Shown: positions 1-10,768 of the stretch, piece after piece
How positions within the stretch are numbered: position 1 is the first letter of the stretch
How the letters are laid out: every line of letters starts with the position of its first letter
Assembly: GCA_965214605.1 (NCBI GenBank)
Contig: OZ243961.1
Coordinates: 1,536,001-1,600,000, forward strand
Direction of reading: 5' to 3'
Length of the DNA stretch: 64,000 nt
Origin: an uncultured Candidatus Binatia bacterium
GTDB taxonomy: Bacteria > Desulfobacterota > Binatia > Bin18
Translations under genes and position numbers: made by a program
The notes under the pieces: model-generated
What the model saw: only the letters and a program-made list of their open reading frames with translations
Databases searched by the model: none
What the model was told of the DNA's origin: nothing

Positions 1-65
1 GCCCCAGCAGTCGTATCAAGCTATCCTGAGCTTTTTACACGGACACACAGCGTAAAGGACGCAGT

Positions 66-1103
66 ATGCCACAACGACAGGTGACCAAAGACAGCCAAGC
101 CCGAACCCTGCGCGGCTGGATGCTGGGTTTGCACGCGACCCATATTGTCGATGTTGGCGGTCGGTTGGGCTATTTTTCAGCCCTCCGCCAGCAGGGTGGG
201 AGGGCAACCGCGGCAGAACTGGCCGCCACCCAAAACCTCGACCCATGGCGCACCGCGGTGTGGTGCAAAGCCGCTTGCACGGTCGGTATTCTGCAGGCGG
301 CTGACGGGGGGAATGACATCCTCTATGGCTTTGCTCCGTTCATGGATGAGTTGTTGGCCGATAACGCGTCCGACCTGCTGACCGCACACGTGTTGGCCAA
401 TCTGGCCCGCGACTATCCAATCTATCCCGATGCATTTCGGACCGGGGCGACCAAGACCTTTCACGACCACGACGAGGATTTTTTCGCCCGGCAGGGACGT
501 ATTTCGGCGCTCCGCGCTCCAGTCGTGTTGGCAGCCGCCCGGCAGCTGCCCGGCGTTGAAGCGCGCCTGAGTGCGGGCGGCACCGTCGTGGATATCGGCT
601 CTGGTAGCGGCACGGTCTTGGCCAGCTTTGCCGAAGCCTTTCCAAACTGCCGGGTGATCGGTATCGAGCCCCTGCCCTACTTTGTGGAAAGCTCACGCCA
701 ACGCATCCAAGAGCGAGGCTTGGAGCAGCGGGTTCGGGTTGAATCGGGCGGTGGCGAGCGTATGGACTTTGACCAAGTCGCTGATCTGATCACTATGGTT
801 CAGGTCTTTCACGAGTTGCCGGACACGGAAAAAATCACGATTCTGCGCCGCTGCCATCAAGCCCTCAAACCCGGGGGTACCCTTCTGATTGTTGATCGCT
901 GTGCACCGGAGACCGCCCAAGATATTCAAGACCGACGTTTTAGCATGAGCATCCTAGAGCAGTGGTTTGAGGTCACCTGGGGTAATATTGTCAACACGCG
1001 GAGTGAAATCCTTGCCATGCTCCAACAGACAGACTTCACGGTCAGCCAGGAGACTCCAGATATGGTGCCGACCTATTGGTCGTTTGTGGCGGAAAAAGGC
1101 TGA
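66..1103 (+). CDS. Class I SAM-dependent methyltransferase with N-terminal wHTH-like region
   Basis: 345 aa; SAM-binding motif VVDIGSGSG and the LKPGGTLLIVD motif. Confidence 0.85.
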   Translation: MPQRQVTKDSQARTLRGWMLGLHATHIVDVGGRLGYFSALRQQGGRATAAELAATQNLDPWRTAVWCKAACTVGILQAADGGNDILYGFAPFMDELLADNASDLLTAHVLANLARDYPIYPDAFRTGATKTFHDHDEDFFARQGRISALRAPVVLAAARQLPGVEARLSAGGTVVDIGSGSGTVLASFAEAFPNCRVIGIEPLPYFVESSRQRIQERGLEQRVRVESGGGERMDFDQVADLITMVQVFHELPDTEKITILRRCHQALKPGGTLLIVDRCAPETAQDIQDRRFSMSILEQWFEVTWGNIVNTRSEILAMLQQTDFTVSQETPDMVPTYWSFVAEKG

Positions 1104-1156
1104 GGACGAGTCTGAGCTTTAGGTCATCTCTCTTAAAATCCTCAAACGGAGCGTCT

Positions 1157-2140
1157 ATGTCTCGCCTTGGCATGGTTGTGTATCACGGTATTGAAAGCGG
1201 GACCGAGCTGGCCGAGTACGGCCGGATTGCCGAAGGAACAGGCTTTGATTCACTGTGGGTCACCGAGCGCTATTTTCACGAGGAAACATTTTCACTGCTA
1301 GGCTATCTGGCAGCCGTTACCCAGACCCTCAAGCTTGGTGTTGGAGTGGTGAACCCGTATACCCGCAACCCGGCTCTGTTAGCCATGGCCGCCGCTACCC
1401 TGGACCGGCTCAGCGGAGGACGCCTAATACTGGGATTAGGCCGCAGTGAGCCGGCGGTTATTCAAGACAAAATGGGCATTCACTACGGCAAGGCCAGTGC
1501 GGCGATGGAAGGCGCGGTCGGCCTGCTCAACCGCCTCCTGTCGGGCCAACGAGTCACCGAAACGGCTGGTCCGTTCAGCCTGGCCAACACCAAACTCTCG
1601 CCCGTCCCAATTCGGAAAACGCCGATTTATCTTGCTGCGATTGGTCGCAAGGGCTTGCGCCTGGCCGGTGCCATCGCCGATGGGGTTGTTCTTAACGCCT
1701 ATGTGCCGACCAGCTATATCAGCTACGCGGTTGAAGAAATTCGCAACGCTGCGCGCAACGCGGGCCGTGACCCGGCTGCGATCGACATCAGCTGTATGCT
1801 CGTCGTCCGCCTGACCAACGATCCGCTGCCCCTCTACCCAGGGCTGAAAAAGCGGCTAGCGCGATTGCTGGACGAAGATTTCGTTGGAGAAATTCTGCTC
1901 GAAAAAGGCGGCTTTGATCCGGGCATTCTAGTGCCCCTGCGGGCAGCCTACCGCAGCCGTGACGAAGAGGCCGCAGCCGGGTTGGTTACGGATGAAATGG
2001 TCAGCGCGTTTTATGTCGTCGGACCGGCCGACAGCTGCAAAGAACGGATTGCTGCCTACCGGGCGGCTGGGGTTGACGCGCCTCTGCTGTTGCCGCGTCT
2101 GGAGGATTACCGCAAGGTGGCCGAGACCCTGCGGGACTAA
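1157..2140 (+). CDS. LLM-class flavin-dependent oxidoreductase (Mer-like)
   Basis: GFDSLWVTE, LGVGVVNPYTRNP, LSGGRLILGLG motifs; ATG at 1157 follows GGAG. Confidence 0.88.
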   Translation: MSRLGMVVYHGIESGTELAEYGRIAEGTGFDSLWVTERYFHEETFSLLGYLAAVTQTLKLGVGVVNPYTRNPALLAMAAATLDRLSGGRLILGLGRSEPAVIQDKMGIHYGKASAAMEGAVGLLNRLLSGQRVTETAGPFSLANTKLSPVPIRKTPIYLAAIGRKGLRLAGAIADGVVLNAYVPTSYISYAVEEIRNAARNAGRDPAAIDISCMLVVRLTNDPLPLYPGLKKRLARLLDEDFVGEILLEKGGFDPGILVPLRAAYRSRDEEAAAGLVTDEMVSAFYVVGPADSCKERIAAYRAAGVDAPLLLPRLEDYRKVAETLRD

Positions 2141-2227
2141 CCCCTGTCAGCCCAGGCTCCGCTCCACCGACTCCCGGCCAGAGCGATTGGCAAAGCCGCC
2201 TTCCCAGCATTTGAGGCTTTCCCCTGC

Positions 2228-3097
2228 CTATGTCTGAGCCCGGTTCGCTTTCACCCCAGCCAAGAAGTCAAGCACAGCGACGCCAAAGGCATCGTTCTGA
2301 TCCCCCGCCACCATATGGCCTGCGCCTGAGACATCCACATACCGGGCGTGCGGAACGGCGTGACGAAACTCATCGGCCGTCTCTTCACTGACCACATCGC
2401 TGATTTTTCCGCGCACCAACAGGGTCGGAACGGTCAGGGCGCGAGCGGCCGCCAGCATACGCTCAGGGTCACGCCGCAGCCGAGCTGGGCTTAACATCTG
2501 GGGGTCCCAGTGCCAACGATAGCGGCCGTCCTCGCCTTTGCGAAGATTTTTTTCAAGTCCACTCAAATTTTTAGGGCGCGGTCGCTGAGGTAGATAGGCG
2601 GCAACATAGTCAGCCGCTTCCTCGAGGTTGGCAAAGCCATTTGGTCGGCCGGTCATAAACGCGCGAATGCGATCAACCCCCTCCTGCTCTACCCGGGGCG
2701 TAATATCCACCAACACAATAGCCGAGCTGACCGGCCCGGACGCCTCACCCTCGGTCAGCAGCGAGGTCATGCCACCCAACGATGCACCGATCAGTACAGG
2801 ACATTGGCTAAAATGGACAAGGATTTTGTGCAGATCCGTTACGTAGGCGTCAATATTATAGTTCCCGTCCGGTGCCCAGTCGCTATCGCCGTGGCCGCGT
2901 AAGTCGATTGAGACCGCGTACCAGCCCCGTTCGGCTAAAGTCCGTGCCGTTCCGCCCCAGGCGTGACGTGTTTGTCCTCCCCCGTGCAAGAGCAGAACAG
3001 GCGGAGCGTCGCTCTTCCCCCAGGCGTCAGCAGTCAGTCTCAGCTGACTCTCGACCTGATAGTGAATCCGTTGTGGAGTGATATCTTGTCCTGACAT
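2228..3097 (-). CDS. Alpha/beta fold hydrolase
   Basis: LLHGGGQ, DLRGHGDS, GASLGG nucleophile elbow, GAGHMV catalytic His. Confidence 0.9.
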   Translation of the reverse strand: MSGQDITPQRIHYQVESQLRLTADAWGKSDAPPVLLLHGGGQTRHAWGGTARTLAERGWYAVSIDLRGHGDSDWAPDGNYNIDAYVTDLHKILVHFSQCPVLIGASLGGMTSLLTEGEASGPVSSAIVLVDITPRVEQEGVDRIRAFMTGRPNGFANLEEAADYVAAYLPQRPRPKNLSGLEKNLRKGEDGRYRWHWDPQMLSPARLRRDPERMLAAARALTVPTLLVRGKISDVVSEETADEFRHAVPHARYVDVSGAGHMVAGDQNDAFGVAVLDFLAGVKANRAQT

Positions 3098-3109
3098 GGT
3101 TTTTCCTTA

Positions 3110-3960
3110 AAGACAGCGAAGTGAGGCGGCAGCCTAACAGGATGGCGCTTCCAAAACAAGCCGTGTAAAACTGAACGCTCAGTCAGCATGGAGTCTAAGC
3201 GGCGCGAGTCTTCAAGCCTGGCTGGAGCGAGTAGACTCAGGGGAGCATGCCGGAAATGGACGGACACGCGAAGCAAGCCCCCTGCCGGCGTCAGGGCAAT
3301 CAGAGTAGTGATCGGAGGGGATACCTACAGCCTCTTCCGGCGGAGATAATAGGACAATTCGTTGGCATTTCTCGCCACTGTGACCCATCCTGTTCGGAAG
3401 ACCGGGCTACACGACAGAGGGCTTATATGTTACTGAATAAGGTCGGTATCTCTGCAGGTTGGCAAGATTACTCTGCGTCGGACGCTGGTGAAAGCCACAG
3501 AGAACGGCCGAATTCCGCAGATTTCAGACTATCCACTACATTCATTTTTTTCATAGCATCGCGACCATTCAATAAGTATTGTTGATCCGGCCGCGGAATA
3601 TGACGGAGGTTTGGTCCCTGACGTATTCAAATTACGGGGTACTCGTCGGTCTCTCTGTAAGCTCAGTGATAGCGGGCTGTATAAAGGAGATAATCAGGAA
3701 GCGTGGTTTGCGTCTTTTCTCTCTGGATCAGTTCCCGGCAGCAGCATAGCAGTGAAGCGATCTTTCCGCAGCCAGCGGAAGCTGGTAGACACATGTTCTG
3801 CGGGGCGGATTGGACGAAATACAACGGAGAGCGGTTGAGGTTGGCCACGATATGCCTCCGTTTCTAATACGAAAGTTGCTTCGTCCCATCACAGAACAAG
3901 GAGGGTATAAGGCCGTCCTTCAAGCACCCACCCACCGGCACAGAGGGACCTCTTGCCAAG
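3110..3960 (+). ncRNA. Candidate large structured ncRNA, family unassigned (region A)
   Basis: No credible CDS in ~900 bp; many complementary segments (3136-3145/3385-3394, 3191-3197/3232-3238, 3301-3307/3469-3475, 3497-3503/3652-3658, 3512-3518/3593-3599, 3823-3829/3856-3862); GAAA-capped stem 3486-3497; G.U pairs favour the + strand; ends approximate. Confidence 0.4.
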
Positions 3961-4027
3961 TGGCTCCGAGCCGTTCAGTTCTGCACACTTTATTAGTGGA
4001 AACTCGGTCAACCCTCAGCCCGGCTGC

Positions 4028-5791
<1,764 letters not shown>

Positions 5792-5897
5792 GTATAACCC
5801 TCCATGCGTATGATCCGTATAAGCCTGTATGGGCAGCGGCTAATGGGGTAGCCGGGATTCAGGTGGGCGAAGGCGCCGAGAAGAGGGAACAAGGGCA

Positions 5898-5922
5898 CGT
5901 AGGACGCTAGTCCCGTCCTACG
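5898..5922. repeat. Perfect 9-bp inverted repeat, GTAG-REP-like hairpin or terminator
   Basis: CGTAGGACG-CTAGTCC-CGTCCTACG just downstream of the ABM gene stop. Confidence 0.55.
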
Positions 5923-5937
5923 CCTAAGGGAGAGGTT

Positions 5938-6234
5938 TTAAGCATCAACCCGATCAAAATACTTGATGTTGGGCGGTCCTTGCAGGGCTTTGCCAAGCTG
6001 TTCCATAGCGCCGGTTTCAGTCCGCCAGTTCAGATATCTCTGATAGTGTTCTTTTGAATCCCAGCGTTCGTAGAATACGAGATGACCAGTTTCATCTAGG
6101 TCCTCATAGATGTCGAGGCCCTGGCAACCGTCATAGGCACGGGTATCGGGCAGCATCTCTTTGAGGGAAGCTTTAACCGTATCCACAGCCTCAGGTTTGA
6201 CGTGCATATCGAGTATAACAACTGTTGTCGCCAT
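5938..6234 (-). CDS. Antibiotic biosynthesis monooxygenase (ABM) family protein
   Basis: 98 aa; DTRAYDGC...FYERWDSKEHYQRYLNWR; GGAGGA RBS before ATG 6234. Confidence 0.85.
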   Translation of the reverse strand: MATTVVILDMHVKPEAVDTVKASLKEMLPDTRAYDGCQGLDIYEDLDETGHLVFYERWDSKEHYQRYLNWRTETGAMEQLGKALQGPPNIKYFDRVDA

Positions 6235-6327
6235 TATTTGTCCTCCTGTCGGTTGAATATGCCCCACCGGGCGGTGTCTAGATCTAAGCAAGTTGTCGGG
6301 CGTGTGTCAAACGTGCCGAGCCGCAGC

Positions 6328-6924
6328 TCACGACACAAGCGTCCGTCCCTTCCCAGGCAGGACAACCGACAGTCGATCGAACCGGTGGTCAACCAGTTCA
6401 TCAGCGCGGGCCAGCAGAGCGTCATTGGTGGTGAATTTCTCGACCATGTAACTCAGATCGCTCAAATCGTGGATGAGCAGCTTCACGGCTTGGTCGTGGA
6501 TCCTGTCTTCCTTGACCACCTGAAGCAGATCCACCACCACATCCTCAAGCTCTGAGCTTTCAATATCAATCGCCATCTCAAACGCTCGCTCAACACTGAG
6601 TCCACCACCAACCTCGCGGCCGTAGGCTCTGAGTAGAGAACGGAGGCGGACCACCGAAGACGGATCAAACCACACCTTGCTGCTCTCGGCCACTGCCGGC
6701 TCGCTCTCCAAGACGGCTTCGACCAGAGCTAGGGCACCTAGATGTCCGGCTTCATGACGCGCCATGGCGAACCAGAATCTACGCAGATCGTCCCGATCCT
6801 GAAAAACCTGGGCAAAGCGCGTGTACAGCGTCATCGTCTTCTTTTCCAGACTGACCGCAGTGCGGAGAATGTCTTTCAGCGTAACGCGCTGTGGACGACG
6901 ATGCAGATCAGCTCTCTCGGCCAT
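6328..6924 (-). CDS. Ferritin-like/rubrerythrin-type protein
   Basis: AVSLEK...LY...MARHEAGH (ExxH) and MAIDIES motifs; start uncertain. Confidence 0.7.
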   Translation of the reverse strand: MAERADLHRRPQRVTLKDILRTAVSLEKKTMTLYTRFAQVFQDRDDLRRFWFAMARHEAGHLGALALVEAVLESEPAVAESSKVWFDPSSVVRLRSLLRAYGREVGGGLSVERAFEMAIDIESSELEDVVVDLLQVVKEDRIHDQAVKLLIHDLSDLSYMVEKFTTNDALLARADELVDHRFDRLSVVLPGKGRTLVS

Positions 6925-7033
6925 GATCAAGACATAGCAGAAGCGGGCGGGAGAGTACAAGGAGACGGAGGAAATAAAAGGGAATGTAGGCCGACTTTAC
7001 AGAGCCCAGAGGTTCGCCGCCCTACCACAAGCG

Positions 7034-7345
7034 ATGGTGGCCACTAGCTCACCGCTGGCCCCGGCGACATTTGCCCTCTATCTCCACAACAACACGCTCT
7101 ACTACATTAAAGAGCCGTGCCAGCCGGAGGACACCACCGCCCGCTTCTTTCCGCACGTCTTCCCTCGTGATCAGGCTGACCTGCCCCCGTACCGACGTCC
7201 GTATCAATTTGACAATTGACACTTCTCTTTTGCTTGGCGCAGGGACTTCTTTGACGGGAAGTGCATGACGCAAGCTCCGCTGCCGACGTATCCGATCGTC
7301 CACATCAAGACCGGCCAGTTTGTGCCGAGCTGTTTCGGGCAGTAG
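7034..7345 (+). pseudogene. Remnant of a soluble C-terminal domain, with an in-frame TGA at 7217-7219
   Basis: Frame reads ...YYIKEPC...RFFPHVFP...DLP...FDN*HFSFAWRRDFFDGKCMTQAPLPTYPIVHIKTGQF; coding-like on both sides of the stop; family resemblance recalled, not searched. Confidence 0.5.
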
Positions 7346-7449
7346 AGGCCCCCATCAGTCCGAGGCCGCCCGTACGGTAATTTCGCAATGCCGCGACTCA
7401 GTTCACGGTGGTGCTGGAGATGAAAGGTTTTATCACCTTAATGCCCGCT

Positions 7450-7740
7450 CGCACTTTCTGCACGGTTACGGCATGTTAACTGACGAAGTTCGAGCAGTGC
7501 CAGCTCTCCATCACCAACCTTCCCCCTATCCTCGGTACTCCTGACCTATTGCTCAATAAGCACCGTAACCACTTTTACGGCATCACCTTTGAGCTGCTAC
7601 TGCTGCTGATCAAGTGGGGCTTGCGGGACAACCGCAACATTCTTCTCCTTTTGCACTTCCTGACCCCACCTCGTCTTTCTCGCCGACGGCGTCTGCTGTG
7701 GCTGACGTCTACCGGCTGTTCGGCAATGGGGTCGCATAAG
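7450..7740 (+). pseudogene. Frameshifted N-terminal fragment of a GT-C (ArnT/PMT-like) membrane glycosyltransferase
   Basis: Pieces in shifting frames: YGMLTDE / QLSITNL..ILG...HFYGITFELLLLLIKWGL..NILLLLHFLT / HLVFLADGVCCG* / YRLFG. Confidence 0.45.
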
Positions 7741-7752
7741 CCTTTGGGCTGG

Positions 7753-8514
7753 TTATGGCTCGGATCCAACGCGAAGCGTTTGCTGACTCAAGGTGACACC
7801 GTTCTCGGGGTCAAGATTGACAACAACCAAGCTGCCCGTCTCGTGCGCTCCCATGTGTAACGGAGCGGGCGTACCTGGATAACACGCCCGCGTCTGGCCG
7901 TGAGAGATGTCGGTAAAGACGTGTACATGGCCCAAGGCTAAATAATCAAGCTTGGAGGCCGCCACCTCTTCGGGCGTGATCAGCGAAGAACGCATGACTT
8001 CTACGTCATCAACATAAAAGCCGTGGGCCATCCCGATATGCCAGTAATCGCCCTGACGCTCGGGCACACCAGCCAACGGTTTGTAGGAATGGTCGTGCTC
8101 GACCAACCCCTTGCCCCAGACGGTGGCGTGGAGTTCCGGAAACTCCAGGGTTTCCCCCATCTCTGAGGTCAGCGTAAATACATGGGAACCCGCGTCACAG
8201 AAATCGACTTTTTTATAGATCGAACGGTTATCGTAACAGTCATGATTGCCCGGAATCAGGACGACCGGACAGGGCACCCGTTCCAACTCCTTGTAGACAA
8301 ACTCAACGCCCGATTCCTGCACTCGGTTCGAATCGAACAAATCGCCGGCAATCAGAAAGAGATCGGCCTTTTCCTCGGCAACCATATCAACAACTTTTTG
8401 GAACGCGTGCTCGATCCGCCTACGGAAGGCCCGGCCTTCTTGACTTTTACCAAAGGTATCACTCTCAAGATGAACGTCGGACGTGTGAACGAGCTTCAGT
8501 GGGCGACGTGCCAT
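7753..8514 (-). CDS. Metallophosphoesterase, SbcD/Mre11-like nuclease domain
   Basis: HTSDVHL, AGDLFD, PGNHD, AHG, YLALGHVH motifs. Confidence 0.88.
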   Translation of the reverse strand: MARRPLKLVHTSDVHLESDTFGKSQEGRAFRRRIEHAFQKVVDMVAEEKADLFLIAGDLFDSNRVQESGVEFVYKELERVPCPVVLIPGNHDCYDNRSIYKKVDFCDAGSHVFTLTSEMGETLEFPELHATVWGKGLVEHDHSYKPLAGVPERQGDYWHIGMAHGFYVDDVEVMRSSLITPEEVAASKLDYLALGHVHVFTDISHGQTRACYPGTPAPLHMGAHETGSLVVVNLDPENGVTLSQQTLRVGSEP

Positions 8515-8549
8515 ATATAATCCCTCATCGTTCTGACACCTGTGTCGGA

Positions 8550-9002
8550 CTACGTGGCAGGATTCCGCAGCGGCAGGGTGACGGTTGCCTTACCCGGGGT
8601 CAGGACCTTGCCCTGCCCATTCTCGACCCAGATGTCACACTCCACATGTCCAAGCCCATTTTCTATCCATTTCTTGGTAACCGTGCCCTTGCAGGCTAGC
8701 GGCTCGTTGACATACGCAATGTCACGGTTGGCATACGACATTTTTTTGAGCGTGCCTCCCTCGCCGATCCAGTTGGTCATGAGCTGGGACAAGAATGCGC
8801 CCCGCAGCGGACCGTGGACGATCACCTCCCGATAGCCCTCCTTGAGGGTAAAGTCTCGATCGAAGTGGATGCGCTGCGGGTTCCAGGTCACCGCACTGTA
8901 CAAAAACAGCAGAGTGTTGGATGGGATCTTTTCCAGCCCGGGGAGATGGGCGCCCTCTTGAACCTCTTCAAAATAGACCTGTCCGCTTGGTGTTTCGGCC
9001 AT
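8550..9002 (-). CDS. MaoC/hot-dog fold acyl dehydratase
   Basis: WNPQRIHFD...VIVHGPL motif. Confidence 0.85.
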   Translation of the reverse strand: MAETPSGQVYFEEVQEGAHLPGLEKIPSNTLLFLYSAVTWNPQRIHFDRDFTLKEGYREVIVHGPLRGAFLSQLMTNWIGEGGTLKKMSYANRDIAYVNEPLACKGTVTKKWIENGLGHVECDIWVENGQGKVLTPGKATVTLPLRNPAT

Positions 9003-9011
9003 GCCCGACTC

Positions 9012-9527
9012 CTAGCGTAAGATGCTTGCCCCTTTTTCAATCAGGACTATTTCACCCCTCTGATTGGTAAAAGTGGTTTCACGTTGGACAAAGATGAGTG
9101 GTCCAGACCGTCCGTTTTTTTGGTAAATATCCGTAATTTTTGAGCGACCGGTGAGGACATCGCCAACCCGGATGGGCTGCAAAAACTCGACCTCTGTTCC
9201 ACCGTCCATCAGGCGCGGCAGGGGAGTCGGCGGAACCGGAAATTTGCCCTCAAAAGGGAGCCCATCCGGGCGCAGTTCGGTCTCGGGTACTGGCTCGGTC
9301 AGGGGCGCCATATAAAACAGCGGCGGTGCAATCAGACCACCATAGCGACTATTTCTAGCCCTTTCTTCGTCCAAATAGAGCGGGTTCAGATCGTCCGTGG
9401 CCACCGCAAAACGAGTCACGTCGCGACGAGTGACCTCTACCGTCCAGGGTGGGGCTTCACGGCCGATCCATGACCGGATTTCGTCGGTGATCAAAGATTC
9501 AGACTGGGATTCGGGCTCACTCAACAT
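9012..9527 (-). CDS. MaoC N-terminal-type (FAS1-like) dehydratase subunit
   Basis: FAVATDDLNPLY...APPLF...EFLQPIRVGDVL...FTNQRGE; adjacent to its MaoC partner. Confidence 0.85.
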   Translation of the reverse strand: MLSEPESQSESLITDEIRSWIGREAPPWTVEVTRRDVTRFAVATDDLNPLYLDEERARNSRYGGLIAPPLFYMAPLTEPVPETELRPDGLPFEGKFPVPPTPLPRLMDGGTEVEFLQPIRVGDVLTGRSKITDIYQKNGRSGPLIFVQRETTFTNQRGEIVLIEKGASILR

Positions 9528-9645
9528 CTGGGACTCCCATACCAAACAGTATTACGTCCATATTCCTTAGCAGTCTTCAGGCGTTCAGTCTATGACTCTC
9601 CCGACCGCTCTTGAGACCGGAGGAGAGTGTGGATAGAGTCCCAGC

Positions 9646-10476
9646 ATGATCGAATTTGCCCACAGCTTTTTGCTTATTTTTGCTCAACTGTCGCTTGGCG
9701 GACTGTTCGGCCTGAGCATTCCCGGTTTTCATGAAATTGAACGCGGATTTTTTAAATCAACCGGCTGTGTATATTTGGGCTGTGGCTGGACCTTTTTTCT
9801 GGGGAAAACCTACCTAGTCTTGTCCTTCCAACCCGAGACGTTGTGGGGGGTACGTGGCTGGGAAATCGGGCTGTGGTCAGTCTTTTGCTGCGGGTTTAGC
9901 GTCTATGTCTTCAGCCTATGGGGCGAGGCTCTTGTGTTGCGCGCGCGGGCCTATCTCTCCACGCTTGTGCTCGGGCTTGTCGCCCTGGTGGTAAGCGCTA
10001 GCGCCTATTGTAGCGCACCCTTTGTGTCGATTGAAACGCTTGTTTATCCGCTCAGCTTGCTGCTGTCGGCCCTGATGCTCGGAGCGGTATCGACCGGCAT
10101 GTCGCTCGGCCACTGGTATTTGATTGAGCTTGACCTGTCGCTCGACCCGTTCAAGCGCACCTTCCATTTTTATGCTGGGACTCTCGTTATCTACCTCGGC
10201 GTGCTGCTCGTCGCGATTGGACTGTTGTTGCTGCTCGGCCAGCAGACCAGTGTAGACCGGCTCGCCAACCTGTGGACCAACCATCAAACCCTGCTGTGGA
10301 TGCGGATGGGCTTGGGACCGCTCGCCTCCCTGCCGATTGCCTACATGATTTGGCGGACCTTACAGATTCCGCAGACCATGGCAGCCACAGGGCTATTTTA
10401 CGTGGCAATTTTAGCCGCGATTGTCGGCGAGTTTTTGGGGCGCTTTATCCTGTTTCGGACGACCTTGCCGCTGTGA
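9646..10476 (+). CDS. Polytopic membrane protein of unknown function
   Basis: 276 aa with about 8 hydrophobic segments; LGHWYL and GEFLGR motifs. Confidence 0.75.
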   Translation: MIEFAHSFLLIFAQLSLGGLFGLSIPGFHEIERGFFKSTGCVYLGCGWTFFLGKTYLVLSFQPETLWGVRGWEIGLWSVFCCGFSVYVFSLWGEALVLRARAYLSTLVLGLVALVVSASAYCSAPFVSIETLVYPLSLLLSALMLGAVSTGMSLGHWYLIELDLSLDPFKRTFHFYAGTLVIYLGVLLVAIGLLLLLGQQTSVDRLANLWTNHQTLLWMRMGLGPLASLPIAYMIWRTLQIPQTMAATGLFYVAILAAIVGEFLGRFILFRTTLPL

Positions 10477-10486
10477 ATCAGAACGC

Positions 10487-10765
10487 TTACAGATCGTACA
10501 CCTTTATCACCGTTACACGCAGTCCATGCGAGGTCCAGCCGACGTCAAAGCCGACCCGCATCCCCTCAAACAGGAAGCGTAGGTCGCGGCGCGGGGCACC
10601 GAGCAGGGTCACATAGGCAAACACGAACGGGAAAGTTCTGCCGGACTGACTCCGAATCAGCCCGGTCTCATTGTTCCAGGAGATATTGTGGATAACGCCC
10701 TGATAGAATCGATCCGCCTCTCCCCGTTGGTCATGATCGGGCAGGTGGTCCTCATCGTGTGCCAT
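10487..10765 (-). CDS. Small protein, possibly cold-shock-like OB fold
   Basis: 92 aa, 3 nt after the ilvB stop; YQGVI...ETGLIRS...FPFVF...EGMRVGFDV resembles the CSD beta pattern. Confidence 0.6.
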   Translation of the reverse strand: MAHDEDHLPDHDQRGEADRFYQGVIHNISWNNETGLIRSQSGRTFPFVFAYVTLLGAPRRDLRFLFEGMRVGFDVGWTSHGLRVTVIKVYDL

Positions 10766-10768
10766 GGT

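Noticed and set aside
3400-3520. RNase P-like or group II domain V-like words in region A (GAAAGCCACAGAGAAC, GACAGAGGGCTTAT, GGTGAAAGCC)
   Set aside because: No GAGGAAAGUCC CR-I element, motifs out of order, no AGC/CGC triad and a poor lower domain V stem
3663-3848. 61-aa minus-strand ORF with a GGAGG RBS and CCC motif
   Set aside because: No recognisable domain, and its RBS is one arm of the AACGGAG/CTCCGTT stem of region A. It cannot be excluded but is not supportable as a CDS.
7217-7219. In-frame TGA as a second selenocysteine codon
   Set aside because: No redox motif and only a weak G.U-rich downstream hairpin; the surrounding DNA is decayed, so a nonsense mutation is more likely
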